A DNA stretch of 64,000 nucleotides from Laetmonice hystrix (Eukaryota). Under the pieces are notes generated by a model. That model was not told the DNA's origin, ran no database searches, and saw nothing but the letters and a program-made list of their open reading frames with translations. The position numbers and the translations under genes are program-made. Positions 25,274 to 38,904 of the stretch are shown here, piece after piece; within the stretch, counting starts at the first letter, position 1, and every line of letters begins with the position of its first letter. The stretch is from assembly GCA_965235115.1 (NCBI GenBank), contig OZ249443.1, forward strand, positions 7,874,001 to 7,938,000, read 5' to 3'.

Positions 25274-28200
25274 AAGGCAACGGCGTCTTCATCTGAGAGG
25301 AACGCCAACCGCCTGAGTCAACATTCCACTGCGCAGACGACAAGAGCAGACGAGAATCGGCATTACGGCGCGCGACTCTCTGCCGACACAGCAAACAGTT
25401 GTCGTTGTCGGCCACACCAACGACAGTCAGTCAGTCAGTGTTTGCCGTGGTCGGCCTGGCGCAGTAATACCCCGTCCAAGGCGGCGGCCCGGACTACATT
25501 CCTCCACTTGTTATAGTTCCACAATTAGGACCAGCTTAGTGTTGTGAATGTAGTGACTGACAGCTGGTCTGAAGTAGTGGTAATTTGCTGCCGTAACGTC
25601 GCTTCCGTTTTACCTCCAGGCGCACATTATCGTGGCCTGCGTTTTGTCAATGGTTTCAAGGAGCTGCTTTCACGATTTTCTCAAATCAATTAGTCTGAAA
25701 TATTATTCCTTAATGTACACAGTGCTATTCCAAATTAGCACCCTTGTCTGCGGGAAGTCGCCAGCCTTATGTGATATAATGGACATAAACGAAGGAGCAC
25801 CGTTTTTCCTACGAGGGTACGATGCAAGGTGTAATTTGAAACGGAATTTAAGGCCCTGTGACTTGAGTAATAATTAGCCAATCTGATATTGATCTTGTCC
25901 CCTTCCGTACCATGGACGGTGCAACCTGGGTAATTAACCAAAGGTATATGGAACTCCAATTAACTATTGAATTTATGTAACTTGCTGAAAGGGAAACATT
26001 CGTTCGGAGCTCTGAATGTAAATCCCCGAGAACGGGGCCTTTGGGGCGCGAGTCGAGTGGTTTTGGGGGTCGGGGCAGGATATTTGGGGGCCACAGGGCC
26101 GTGTTAACGCGGGGCCATACGGAGACCCCTGACTCTACCGACAAAGCTTGCCGATCTCGACCCTCCACGACGGCCTGCCAAGCCAGCTAACAACTTAATG
26201 AGAAACCTGCGCAGTCTGTGATGAAAGAAAACATTGGCGCAGTCCGTCTGCGCTGAGGCACGGGTCTTCGTTTGTATCAAGGTCTCTGAAGGTGGTTCAC
26301 TGTTTGGCCAGCTTTGAAGAAGCATAATTGTGCCATTTCCAGCCGCTTAACTCCGCCAAGTGCCAACATATGCCGCCCCACTACTGTTCTGGTAAGCGTT
26401 CAGTCAGACCATGCCTGTCATTATTTTTGGGTGGTCGACCGACCAGGATGAACCGGTCCCTGTTTGTTTGACCAGTACCGTTTGATGTGACTAGAGATCA
26501 GAACCTGGGCCGAGGGTCTGAAGGTGGTCAGATGGGTTTGCCAATGCTGGCACAAACTTGAACACGAGCGGCTTTATAGATTTCCAAGCGTTCTTATCCT
26601 GAATGGAGCCAAGGTCTTTTTTATTCACGTGAAGCATTGAGACTATACTAGCTCAACATGCACCTGTAAAAGGGGTTGTCCTGAACACAGGTTGTTTGTC
26701 CATAGCAGTACTACGGCCACCCGCCACTATCAGTGGCTGAGGTAATATTTTACACGGTGTCCTTATAAAAGTGGCCACTCCCGCCGGCATCATGGCATTA
26801 TCCCTCCACGGACAGCCGAATACATGTGGGAATATCACACCGGAGGTCTGTTACTTCATACACAACATAAAGGTGCATCTAAGATTTCGAATGGCGCACT
26901 AAAAGATACACTGACAGGTTATCTAATATACCTCTCAAGTATACATTCTATAACCTGCTTCAGAAAACTATCAAAATAGGTAGGAGCCTGCTCTAAATTT
27001 CTAAGAAATTAAGGGGGAAATGAAAGTAATCTAATTCACCTTCTGATGAACGTCTCTGTCATCCTTGGTCATGAACCAAGCTACATGTATTTAGAAAGCA
27101 CCTTGAATTCCGTGTAAAGACATAGGATTATTTGAGGTCACGGGTAGATCCTTTTCAAGATGGCAATATTTGGTTCCTGTTACACCTAGGGGTCTGACAC
27201 CTGCCTCCCTCCCCCACCCCCACTCCATACAGATTCTGAACTCTCAGCTCATTATTGTGGCCTTGTTGAATCCCACCGTAGCCTGCGAGAACTTTGTTTG
27301 ACTTAAGACTCATGATCTGTGATGGGAACACGCGCGCCCTCTGTCCTTCGCTGCACACACTACGGGAATGCCCGACGTCAGTCGTCGCGATCCCTGACAG
27401 AATTAGGCCCTGATTGGGTGCGAGACAGACACTGTGATGACAGCTGCCGCGGGAAAAGGTCGCAAAACACAAGAAAAATCCTGAGCTTTGGTGAAAATCG
27501 CTTTGACACATTCGTCATTACCATAAACTGCCTTAACGATCTCATGTCAGGTTCTTTGTTGAAGCAGCCACAGAAGAACGATGGGAGAAGCCGGTAGAAA
27601 GTTGGCGGTCGTTCTGTCATGCCTCATCCCTGACTCACGTGGGAGATCCGCAATCTTTAAACCAGTTACCCTGGTTATTTGGCCGTGTAGGGTCTCTTCA
27701 TGTCTTGACAGATGACGCTTCCAAAGTAATGCTGGGATCACAAAAAGCACGACCTAGTCACCCGTGAGTGCCACTTCGCTGAGCTTAATAGGTTCAACAT
27801 GGAAATCATTGCGCCATGCTCTGGTCATGTGACTGTCACATGTGTCTTCAGCAAGACAAAGGCAGCATGTAACACAATGGAGAACACTACTTCCTCTGTC
27901 TCGCTTTCCCTTGATAGCGTTTCCAGAAACAACCTGGAGCCCTACACCATCCGATCACCTTGTTTTTAGACTTGATAAGTTGCTAGCTGTCTTAAAGATT
28001 CACGCGTCTACAGGACAGACTGTATTCATCGAGTGGCCCCTTTCGATTATTTATATAGGTCATGTGTTTCCCATCATGCCCCTGTATGCCACCTCCGTCC
28101 GGGGCACCACTATAATACAACGTTACTAAAACAAGAAATCTCTTGGAATAATTTCACGTGCCTGTTGTTTTCTTTGCTGCCAGTGTGGCCAAGATGTCTG

Positions 28201-28609
28201 GCTCGTTGTTTTTTCTGCCCGGTCCAGTCAATGAGTGCCCCCTGTCTTTGTGAGATCATTCTGATTTTTATCCGTGCCTCTAATACTTGCCAGCTTTAAC
28301 ATCTCCCGTCTGAGCTCATGTTCACATGACGATCGCGGTGTCAAATTACGTTAGGACTATTCTATCCGTCTTTTTCTATCTCTCTTCTCCTCCTTCTTTT
28401 CCCTTTCTCCATCGTTCTAACTGTCTAGGGTGTAATACATCTCATGATCTAAAGCCAATCTATACCTGTAACGTATAGTATTTATAAGTTACAAAGTCAT
28501 CTACTATTTGGAGAAGGCATTTGAGTACTGATTCTAGAGCAATTATATAGCTCTCTCCTATATGATAGTGCCCGTAACTGCGAATCGTCTGGGGGTACTT
28601 GTTTGTTGA

Positions 28610-28628
28610 CAGCGCCCTCTCGTGGCCA
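28610..28628 (-). promoter_or_regulatory. CTCF motif, near-consensus
   Basis: Reverse complement TGGCCACGAGAGGGCGCTG versus TGGCCACCAGGGGGCGCTA. Confidence 0.6.
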
Positions 28629-28706
28629 GGGGGTGGTCGTGACCTCCCGCCGTCTGTCCCACCTACCGAGAGGTCACGAATGTGGTTGTCATAGGTTACG
28701 ACTGAT

Positions 28707-28720
28707 GTCTCCATGGAGAC
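28707..28720. promoter_or_regulatory. Perfect 14-bp palindrome, X-box-like
   Basis: GTCTCCATGGAGAC equals its own reverse complement. Confidence 0.3.
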
Positions 28721-28746
28721 TATACGATGTGTGAAAACATAATCTG

Positions 28747-28811
28747 ACAGTCTGTGATCTGTGATTTAATCTAAACAAATCACAGTCTGTGATGTGTGAT
28801 CTAATCTAAAC
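28747..28811. repeat. Short tandem duplication (30 bp, period 35)
   Basis: acagtctgtgatctgtgatttaatctaaac repeated with 2 mismatches. Confidence 0.8.
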
Positions 28812-29822
28812 CTATGACTGCGGGGAGACTGTGGGGAACTTTTAATGGACAACATTTATGGTACATAGGCGGCGGAAGTGTGGGGCCGCCAGATGGGCAC
28901 TCTCCCCAATAATCCTATGGCTTCTGCAGATTTTGTTATGGCATGTTATTAATTATTCCGAGATCTGTTTTTGTAGCTATATGACACAAATATGTTCCAC
29001 TACCTCAAGCAAAATGGGCCCCCTATATATTATCTGTAAAATGCCCCTCCCCCATAACCTGTTCTGCCGCTACTGTGGTGCTGCAAGGAGTTTACAGTGG
29101 TGTGCACAAAACTAACATGGCTTTGGTGGAAACTATAGCAATCTGACCAACAATAGCGACCTGAGGTTTATATCAACACCATCATCCAGACGTGGTGAAG
29201 GAATAGCAAGATAACACTAATGGAAAACCATAGCAGACTCACGTTGGTAGAGGCAATAACTGACGGCAGCTGGAAACAATAGCAAACCGGCGCTAATGGA
29301 AACAATAGCAAACCGATGTTAGCGCAATAACGTTGGAGGAAAACAACCCCCGTCGGGGATCTGGGCCACCGCCGGAGTATGTTTCTGGCTTCACTTAGCC
29401 GTCATGCTTATTAACAACTGGCCGAGTGTCCCCTCATGAAACGAGAACTCGGACAAGGAGCGGGATTCAATTTCTGCATGGACCAGTCCCCCCAGCCCCC
29501 CTAGGGGGGGGGGGCGTTGTTCGGATGAGGAGGCTGTGAATGATACTGCGCAGGCGCTGGGTAATATACTGGAGGGAGAACATGGGCAATACACTGTCAT
29601 ATTCATCACCAGCCTGCCCTGGAGAGGAGAGCCTCTAGAAGGGCTCCACAGGGACGCTCCAGGGCGGAAGGAGGGATGCTCCAAAGTGCTGGAGGAGGAG
29701 GCTGTGCGTCCGTCAACCTGGAGATGTATTTTCTGTAGTCACCCAGGAGTGATAAAATATTGTACCCCGCCGACCAGGAGTTTTGTCATTCTCATAGCGG
29801 GAGGCTTTACGTTCAAAGGCAT

Positions 29823-29975
29823 CAGTGGAGGCGCCAGGGAGGGGCTTGGGGGTGGGGCTTGAGACCCCCAAATTTACTCTAACCCCCCTCAGCCCTTCCC
29901 CAACATTATTGGCCAACAAAAGGAACATGTCTGTATCTCACCATGTGCTATCCTCCCCTTCAAATTTTGTACTGA
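29823..29975. mobile_element. MITE-like fragment
   Basis: Begins cagtggaggcgccaggg followed by G-run/C-run (ggggcttgagacccccaaattt), a pattern I recall from common invertebrate non-autonomous DNA elements. The second end is not identified. Confidence 0.3.
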
Positions 29976-31480
29976 AAGGCATGCACTATTTTCTTGTTTG
30001 CTGTTTGCATGTCGCCGGCTGTCTGTCTACAGAACATACTCCTGGTTAGAAACAATTTCCTAGATCAAGGGAGCCGTGTACACCTGTGCTGATCGCGGAA
30101 CAGCTGTCTCCATTCGAAAACAGCTTCATCGGTTCTCTACCATGTGGTTGACAGTTGTGTTTTAATGCTAATATTCATCAGACCTGTTTCTAGACACGAC
30201 CATCGTCCTCCCCATCATGTCTTGGTCACTGATCGCTTTCTTACATTATTGAAAATACTTACATGAGGGGTTGGGTAGAAGATATCAAAGGAAAAGTGAG
30301 TGTGGCTTCCCATAGGGGTGCCGATTTACGTTACGTTCAACCAAGAAGAGTCAAGACAACAGAATCCATGGTATTTCTCAAGAAAAATATGTTATCCAAC
30401 CTATATACTGAGTGTACTACTTGAGTCATAGTCTAAACCCGGCCGTGACGTTGGACTCAGAAACAGCTGGTTTAACTACATAGAAAAAGTTTTTCAAGAG
30501 AAAACTTTATCAAAGATGCCGACGATGGCTATATTTTTTTCAATGACACACAAGTGCCTGGATAACACGTGGGGCCTGCATCAGCGCTACATTTTACCCA
30601 GATAATGGGTTCTCTTCATTACTTAAAGCATAAACACAAATCTGGGGTAGGCCCTATATTTCCACGAAATAATTCTCTGAATTTCCTCCTATCCACTTCC
30701 TCAAATTTCGCTGAAATGCGCAAACGATCGTATAGCGCTACCATTATCATGCAGCGCGCTGTTTTGACGACCATATAGCCATTGAACAGGTCTCCGTTCC
30801 TTCAGGGGGTTTACTTCCGGTTCACCGGTGGACCAGGGTGGCGATAATGGGTGCAATTTGCACATCAAAGCCCACCTGTGATTAACCCTTTTACACTGGC
30901 GTGTGCAACCGCAGTACTCGACAATGTCCTATTGTAATACAAACTCGGGTTCTGCTATAGAAACATGTGACCATGTATAACGGGGCACGGTATTGTGAGA
31001 GTTTACGTTCCTCTCCACCACAAATCATGGCCATATTGAATACCGCCACGTGGCCTTGAATATTGCCACATATTGCGAGTGCCACATGATCACAAATAGT
31101 TTCCATGGTCAACCAGAATGCTGTCACGTGACCTCTGGGAAACCTCAACTTGGGGAAACACACTCTGTGGCCTCTTGCGGGGAATTCACCTTATCTGTGT
31201 CGGAGCCCCCACAACCCACCTGAGGAATGTACCCGGCAGCGGGTAGCGAGCGTGTCTGGGACACTTGTTATCACGTGAGGGATGCTCCCTGACACTACCT
31301 GTACAACCCTCTCCAATCACTGACAGTGCCGTTTATGGCTGCAATGCCATGCTGGCCCAACGTTACTGGAATGGTTAAACAACAATTTATTTCTCTCTAC
31401 CTGGTCGCTGTCAAGCCTATACACACCCGTTACAACACTAACGTGCGGAACATTCCAGTCTCCCCGACAACACCATTCAT

Positions 31481-31494
31481 GTTTCCATGGCAAC
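31481..31494. promoter_or_regulatory. RFX X-box
   Basis: GTTTCCATGGCAAC, identical to 4251-4264. Confidence 0.5.
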
Positions 31495-33078
31495 AGACAC
31501 TGTATGTGACTGCAGACAGGTGTATATACCCCATGTGGAGTGGATAATGTTCCTTCTTTTGCCCCCTTCACCCAGAGACAGTCATATATCCAGGATCTGG
31601 GGTGGGGGTCCTCGTTGATACAAATATGTCCAGCTTGGGAAAACATTTTTCACCAAATCAGTCAGAGGGCGGCAGGTCTCCGGCCAAGGGAGCCTCTATC
31701 TCCTATGTATTTCATAAACTGATACTTAACCGTTTTCCATTAGTAGGACATTCACAAGAAGTTTAATCTTTTTACCCCTGCGAACAATCCAGGTTTTCTA
31801 CCAGGGAACCCCCATGAACCGATCGAATGGAAATAAAGTAGTTTCAGCCGAATCTGAATCATTGCATGATGACGTGTGTATCCGAGACCAAAAATATACA
31901 TAGGGCCTACCTTTAGAATACATATGTATGGCCTTCTGGTATTGTATCTAGATATCCTTAGCATCCGAAAGCCTGTCAAGAATAGGAATAGGTCAACCTC
32001 CCTAAAAAGAAGACTTGGGTTGAGAAAAAAGGGGCACAACAGAATAAATCCACCAGCCTCTCGTATAGGTTATCGTAGAAGGGGGGAGGGTTCTGGATGA
32101 GGACGTAATCTGACATGCTCCCTCCACCTATGAATATTCCTCACCCTCACGGATCAAAAGAATGTGGCATGAGCAGGCGGCCCTCCCCTACCCCCCAAAC
32201 CCCACCCCCGTGGCGGGCTGATATATGGACTGGTCTGTCCAGACAAGAGTCACTTTGGATCTCGGCATCATGCCACTCCACCATCCATCATTGCAAGTCA
32301 ATAGAACATGTGAAAGCATGTCAATGGAACATGGCGCATGTCCGATGCAATCCGAGATATCTGGCCGGCTGGCGGCGGGCGGCGGGCCCTGGCTACAAAG
32401 GCTGACTCCCGGCCGGTACTGCTGTAAATTACCACCCCTAAAATACCACTGCCCACCATTCCACCCCCCCTCCCCGCTAGCCGTCCCCATAGAAACCACG
32501 CACTGATGTCAGCCACAACCCCTCTAACCCCAAACAATAGGTGCAGGCAGAGCGGGAGGAAGCACGCTTGTCTCATGATGACATTTATTTGGCAAAATTA
32601 ACATCTCAGAACATTCCAAACACCCGGTGACGTCTGAGTCAACAGTTGGGACAATTTTCCTGGGATTGAGTAAACCTGCAGACCCTGCCGCTGAACTAAC
32701 CAAACAACTTCCCTCGAGAATATTAGCTTGACAAATGTGACATCGACTCCAATCTCCCGTGCACATTCACATTCCTTTATCAATAAACACATGTAGATTC
32801 GCCTGCTTGTTTCCCGCCCTAATACAGAGAAATTCCTGCACAGTTCCACAGTTTTCTCTGCCAATTTGCCGCATGTTTTCTCCATCAATACGTATTACCA
32901 CCATATAACACCAGGGCCTGCGTTCACTCAATGAACGCCAGTCGACTGACTCCGATCTCTCAAGGTCACTGACCACTACTAACTTCACGATTTCACCTTC
33001 AGCCTTCACAAAAACGTTGTCTCCGGTTGTCAACCTTTAGTTACATCTCAAACAACGACTCGGAGATTACAATAGATA

Positions 33079-33498
33079 GGTTTAGCTATGACCTGCACAG
33101 GACTTCTATCTCAAACTGAATGGATTCTAAATCTGGAAGAGAACACCAACCACTTCCGGAAAGGTTTAGCTATGACCTGCACAGGACTTCTATCGCAAAC
33201 TGAACGGATTCTAAATCTGGAAGAGAACACCAACCACTCCCGGAAAGGTTTAGCTATGACCTGCACAAGACTTCTATCTCAAACTGAACGGATTCTAAAT
33301 CTGGAAGAGAACACACACCACTTCCGGAAAGGTTTAATTATGACCTGCACAGGACTTCTATCGCAAACTGAACGGATTCTAAATCTGGAAGAGAACACCA
33401 ACCACTTCCGGAAAGGTTTAGCTATGACCTGCACAGGACTTCTATCTCAAAGTGAACGGATTCTAAATCTGGAAGAGAACACACACCACTTCCGGAAA
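33079..33498. repeat. Minisatellite, 84-bp unit x5
   Basis: Unit ggtttagctatgacctgcacaggacttctatctcaaactgaacggattctaaatctggaagagaacaccaaccacttccggaaa, no indels. Source of ORF 33088-33693. Confidence 0.97.
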
Positions 33499-34814
33499 CA
33501 ACCAAGCCCGAGTTCTTGGTGGAAGGATCGTTTACAGGAAACCTGTAAGCCTGTCAAAGGGGGTACTGGACATCCATCTTCTTCTTGTTTCCTAAAACTA
33601 TGGAGAACGAAGAAAGATATCAGACAAACACACCTAGACAGAGAACCTTGGAACCCCCATCTTGAGGTTCCTTTGTCCTACTGTCCACCTTGAGGTTCCT
33701 TTCAGTAACAAGAGTACGATGTCTTGTATCCAGTACCGACGTGGAGATCCACTGCCATGCCCCCCGCGGCGCTGTTTGACCTAATTAAAGCTGGCCAATC
33801 GCACCAATCCATATCATCAATGCGGGATGAAAGCATTAGAATGAGGTCGTCATGACTTGGAGGCAGGGTGTAGACGTTGGTGAGGGTTGTCACCGCCGGT
33901 TGGTTGCCAGCAAACAGACGCCCATTAAATGTGATCTATACACGGCGCCAATGATCCGTCCTCCACCTGGTTTGGGAATTGTGTAAAGGCGAATAAAACG
34001 GTCAAGTTTCTGGCACCAGGCCACGCGACGGAGCTTTTAGTTTAAATCAGACAGGAATGGCTTTTATAGAGGAAACGCCGCCTGCTTACTAACAAGCAAC
34101 CTTTGAAGAAAATTGGGTTGAAGGCTGGAAGGGGAAGAACTGGCTTTTATTCATTAAAGTCGGAAGAACTGCAATCATCGGAATGGCGATTTCGTTACGG
34201 GGCTACTTTCAGGGGTGATACGTTGTCCCAACTATCTGACTCTGACGTCAGCATTTAAATGGGCGGCAAGCAGAGACGGTGACATAGAACGTTGTCAGCT
34301 ATGACTATAAAGTTAACGACTTTTTTCGCGCTCCAGCAGATAAAACACGATTCACAGTTGCATGTATAATGAAGCTGGGAAAGTCTTAACTATGCTATCA
34401 TGTTCATTTCCATGATGTATGTATGTATGCATAATGAGGATCCATTCATGCCGTACAGTTAAAGTCTATAATTGTAAAACGGCCTGATTTGTATGAAGTG
34501 AGTTGTCAGACCGTTGGACTAAAAATGTCTCCTGAGCTGTGGTGAATAATAACGCTTCGATAGGTGCACACTGTCTGCTGGCTGAATACTTACGAAGTTT
34601 CGTTTTAAAAAAACCCGTGCATAATTAACTAATTAATAATATATGTAGATGGTTACATACTACACACCGCATACTGAAAATTTGTTTTTTTAAACATCTC
34701 CGCAGCTTTAATCTTCAGAAAAAAATGCCCTAATGCCTAATGAACTCACACTGCAGTATTGAGTCAAATTCTCAGGTTAAAATGCATTAAAATGCCCTCT
34801 GATGGAATAAAGTG

Positions 34815-34828
34815 GTTGTCATGACAAC
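34815..34828. promoter_or_regulatory. Perfect 14-bp palindrome, X-box-like
   Basis: GTTGTCATGACAAC equals its own reverse complement. Confidence 0.3.
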
Positions 34829-35799
34829 AGACACGTCCCTCCCGGGCAAAGCACAAAAAGGGAGAGAATCTTGTCTTTCTCAGGGAGAGGTTGTGGCGAT
34901 AACGTTTGCTGTTGTATGAGGACACTGGCATACGTGCACTTCAGGTATTCCATTCTTCTTCAAGTTGCCGTCAAACTTGGAGAACCAACTGCTGAGAGAT
35001 TGGCACGGCATGACAAATATATGAAAGCCTGGTTCACCCCCAAAAGAGCTGTAAAGGAAGGTCTTTTCGAAGAATAGTCCAAATATTTAAGGTAGTATCA
35101 CTGAATAAATAAATTTTCATCTTCGTCAATTCGCCAAATTATGTTGCTGGAATTGTACTTCATAGATGTAATTAATCGAAGAGTTCATGAAAGAGCACGT
35201 ATACTTGTGTAAATCTAATCACCCCACAACTCAAAGTAGTTTTTTTGGTGTACATTTTATGAGGATGACCTTCAGGGAGGATACCGTACGTGCACTCTTT
35301 GCTTCTGTAACAAGCTGTCCCTGGGGGACCAATCGGTCCTGTAGCTCTCTGTAGCTCTCCTGTAGCACTGGAGGCGAAATCCGCCCCGACGCCGGGTTTC
35401 CTGTCGTCTGCTCCGAGTACTGCAGCGTCCATTGTGCGTGTGGGCGCGCCATAAAAACGCGGCTTCATTAGGGTCGTTAGGAAGCTCTGCCTCGGTCGGA
35501 ATTTGTGATTCCGAAACACGCACCCCACGGAAAACTCGTCCAGCCGGCCCCAAACAACTCGGGATTGGACTTGGCAGAATCGGTTTCCGTCGGGGATGTG
35601 TTTTAATCAGCCCTGCGAACAGTGAAGGGCGGTGGGTGGGAGGGCTCTGTAAGCCTGGTCCCTAGGTTCCTGTGTCAGCACGCCTGAAACAAACCAGCAC
35701 TCCAGAAGGAATTTTTCAAGACAAGAAACTAAAACGTTGACGTGCAACTTAAGCAGCCCTTAATAAGCAATACCTAAATCCTCAGCTTTTATGATAAGG

Positions 35800-35930
35800 G
35801 GTGGGGGTGGGGGGTCTGAGTGGTGAACTAGCAGCGTTATCGGCGCAGGTGCGCTGTGCAGTCTCTTTTTTATCAATTTTTTCCAATGAAAGGCGGGGGG
35901 AGGGGGGCGGCCCCCCTGGATCCGCCCGTG
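35800..35930 (-). mobile_element. MITE-like fragment, one recognisable terminus
   Basis: Ends cccccctggatccgcccgtg (reverse complement cacgggcggatccagggggg), resembling the CAGGGGCGGATCCAGG-type termini I recall from invertebrate DNA elements. The other end is degenerate. Confidence 0.4.
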
Positions 35931-36010
35931 ATGCTTCATATATTGTCTAGTGTTTCCATTATCCACTCCTGCATTGCCGCTGAATCACATCTAGGACACT
36001 CGTCCATAGA

Positions 36011-36291
36011 ATTACCCATAAGCCAACTGTCCCTTTGAGGTCCTCATATTGAGCCAATGTTCTGGCAGGACGTCGTCTTTAGGCTTCACCATGTGGCAGA
36101 CAACATCCTCCTTCGCCTCCGCCCATATACTACTGGTCCAGGGGACGATCCCAAGAGCTAATGTTCCCCCTGGAATTCCCGATTAGCCAATGTTCCAACA
36201 GACATCCTGATACGCCAATGCTCGTGGGGAAATCCTGATATGCCAATAATCCCAGGGAAATCCTCATAAGCTACTGTTCCCGTCGAATCCC
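36011..36291. repeat. Degenerate ~28-bp tandem repeat containing GCCAAT
   Basis: Units at 36148, 36175, 36204, 36232 and 36260 (e.g. atcctgatacgccaatgctcgtggggaa, atcctgatatgccaataatcccagggaa) plus two related copies at 36011-36070. Confidence 0.7.
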
Positions 36292-36851
36292 AGCTGCTAC
36301 AAGTGAGCTTTGCAGAAGCCATTTGTTTAGCAAGTGACCCACTTCCATAACCAGATTGTGGTGGCGGATGGGTTGGTGGGGATGTTTTGACCATACAGGG
36401 CCACATCTGGGGAGGAAGCCTGTAACACAGTCAGACGTATGTCAGCCTAATCCTCGCGTCCTAAGCTCCGAATCATGGTCGCCATCCTCAATGGTGTCTC
36501 CCATAGCAACCAGAAAGAAGGTACAACCGTATGTTCAGCCGCACGGGAGCAGACTCAGATTTTGAGTAGGTAATGAGAAGCTTAGGGAGAAGGTGTCGGA
36601 AGTTATAAATGAAGTTTTAAATGTCCTGAAGTAGTCCAAGAGGTTTTGACTACACATGATGTCTTACATTTACACAACGTAAATCGACTAATAAAAGACA
36701 TGGGGGTAAATATATGGAAAATGTGTACTTGAAAAGGTCCTTGAGAATTACAAGTCTATTTTTTGGTAAGACACATACATTTTCTTTTAGCAGCCAGTTG
36801 AAATGGTAAAGTATTAAAGATATCCTGGAGGTTCTCCTCCATGTTACATAC

Positions 36852-37315
36852 TGCAGTGTGAAGAGCTGAGCTGTGTCTGAGTGGCAGGCTGTCGGTGAAG
36901 AATACCCCGTCAATCGGGGAGCCAGCAGGAAGTAAGCTGATCTGGCCATGGCCATGGCTTCTCGATAATCTGGGGGCAGTGCGCTGCCGTTTCCAAGGAG
37001 CCGCTGATCCTGTTTCTGTTTGGACCACATCAAGTGACGCGGGATTGCCAGTAAAGAGGAGGCGGCCAGGCCCACAATGGCTCTGCTGCCTTCGATCTGT
37101 TCGAACAGGTGATGTGCTTTTATCCAATCCTGGCGTTGTAGCTTCCGGAGAAAATCTGGGCCTGGCGTTGTGGCCCTCCGTCTCTCCCGACTGGCACGCC
37201 AGACAATGGTCAATATGGAGAATGAATGGTCCCAACAAATGGAACGTGCTGGCCATGTAAAATGGCTTCTCCCGCTCCAGTAATGCCATCTTGCTCACTG
37301 ACAATGTGCCATTTG
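36852..37315 (-). CDS. Candidate large exon inside ORF 36756-37352, product unknown
   Basis: Acceptor gtatttccgcag, 154 open codons (NGTLSVSKMALLEREKPFYM...SSALHTA), donor GCA|gtatgt. A second same-strand frame is also open, so the reading frame is uncertain. Confidence 0.35.
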
Positions 37316-38730
37316 CTGCGGAAATACACCACACACAGACCAATCCTTGCAAATCAGGCGAAAATCACACCACTGGCACCATCCCAGATCGGCCATGCTT
37401 CCATTGGGGGTGCAGAACTTGCCCATCTAGGGCCTTAATCTAAGCCGGCCTTTCACTGGGCTAAATTTCATGTTCATATTCGAAATTACTTCTGGCTGAA
37501 ATGAGCCAGTGCTGCGTAATGTACCGTGGATGGGTTTAATTTCATCCGCATCCATTTTTATGTGACCATTTGGCTGTTTTCATATTACAATTTATTAAGG
37601 AGCGTTCAGTCTCGTTCTGTTTTAGAATAGAACGTAGTGAAAATTACCCTATCTATAGCTCGCTTTCCAGACCAGTGGCTTTCAGAACAATAATCTCTAT
37701 GAGGATTCCTTATTTTATAATCTACCAAGCTGGCATGCAGTCCGTCGTTCTGTTCTCAACTATGCAATTTCCAATGCATTTCTGAGTGACATTTCACATT
37801 TTGTGTATTTCGTTTTTATCATTTCCTTTCATTTCAAATTTCACAGAGTTTCGTTTCGGGCCTTTGAATACTGGACTTTAACTGTTTTAAAGGACAGCAT
37901 TAGACCTATATTAACTTCCAGTCCTCCACTCCTTCCTTGGTCTCAATATAAAGTCCCTAAAATGTAAGATCCAGGGGCGACAGCTCGGAGTTTGTGAACA
38001 GTAAATTAAAGCTGATGAATCACTCGTCACCACCGTAGTGATCTCTCACAATCCAATAACCAGTTCAACATGTTCTCTTTGAGCGCACTCCTGTCACATG
38101 AGAGTGAACACTGAGTTGTTGGTCAAACCATCTCTGCTTGGGAAACACTTCTCTTCCTCCACAAGATTACATTCTGTAATTTAACTCTGACCAACGGAAG
38201 ATTTCAAATCAGGCTGACCAAATGCCATGAAATATTATCCCACCACGATTTACTGTCTTTTTGTTACAGTATTTGTTCGCGGATAATTTGAATTGGTTTG
38301 TCGGAGATGAAGAAAGGGGTTTTGGGTTGAGGTAGAAGTCATAATATGGCAACGGCCAACTCTCCCTGGTTATCTGAGACATCAAAGTGGCAAAACAGTT
38401 GGGCCATTGAAACGAGGTTTATGCTGTAACCAAATCCCGATTGGGAGCAGCGTCACATGGGGTGGGGATTCCCCCCTGGGGGGTATCCATTCCAGGGGGT
38501 GTCCCACGGGTCAGAGGCGACCGGTGTAGGAAAAGGGGGATCTGGTACACCCTGGGGGTAAAATCCTTGAATGACAGGCACTTATGGGTTGGGACAAAGG
38601 GATCGACTTGCAGGGAGACTGGACACAAGTGACCGGGTTAAGGAACAGACTGACCACGTGAATATCCGATCAATATTTGTCCGCTCAGTGCCCACTGCCT
38701 GGACTCCTGATCAATCTGTCCCGGCCTTAC

Positions 38731-38904
38731 TCGGAATGGTCGTGAGATAACCAGCCAAAACCTCCGACTTGGCCACCTTTCGGTTGATATATCCACCACT
38801 TGCTTGTCTCAAGGTCTGATCAATGTTGTGAATGTACCCAGGAGACCTATCCAGGGACTCTCTCAAAAACATACCGGATTCCAGCGGAGAGACTTCCGAG
38901 AAAC
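38731..38904 (-). CDS. Candidate exon (FSEVSPLESGMFLRESLDRSPGYIHNIDQTLRQASGGYINRKVAKSEVLAGYLTTIP)
   Basis: Weak AAG acceptor after tttgttttataac, 57 open codons, donor gtaagg, phase 1-1. Compatible with neighbours 39751-39805 and 36852-37315. Confidence 0.25.

Noticed and set aside
30254-30272. ATACTTAC resembling the U1 snRNA 5' end
   Set aside because: The match ends after 8 nt and is simply a reverse-strand gtaagtat word.
36225-36265. FPGIIG resembling the Harbinger transposase FPGVIGAIDG motif
   Set aside because: The catalytic Asp is absent and the peptide arises from the degenerate 28-bp repeat.
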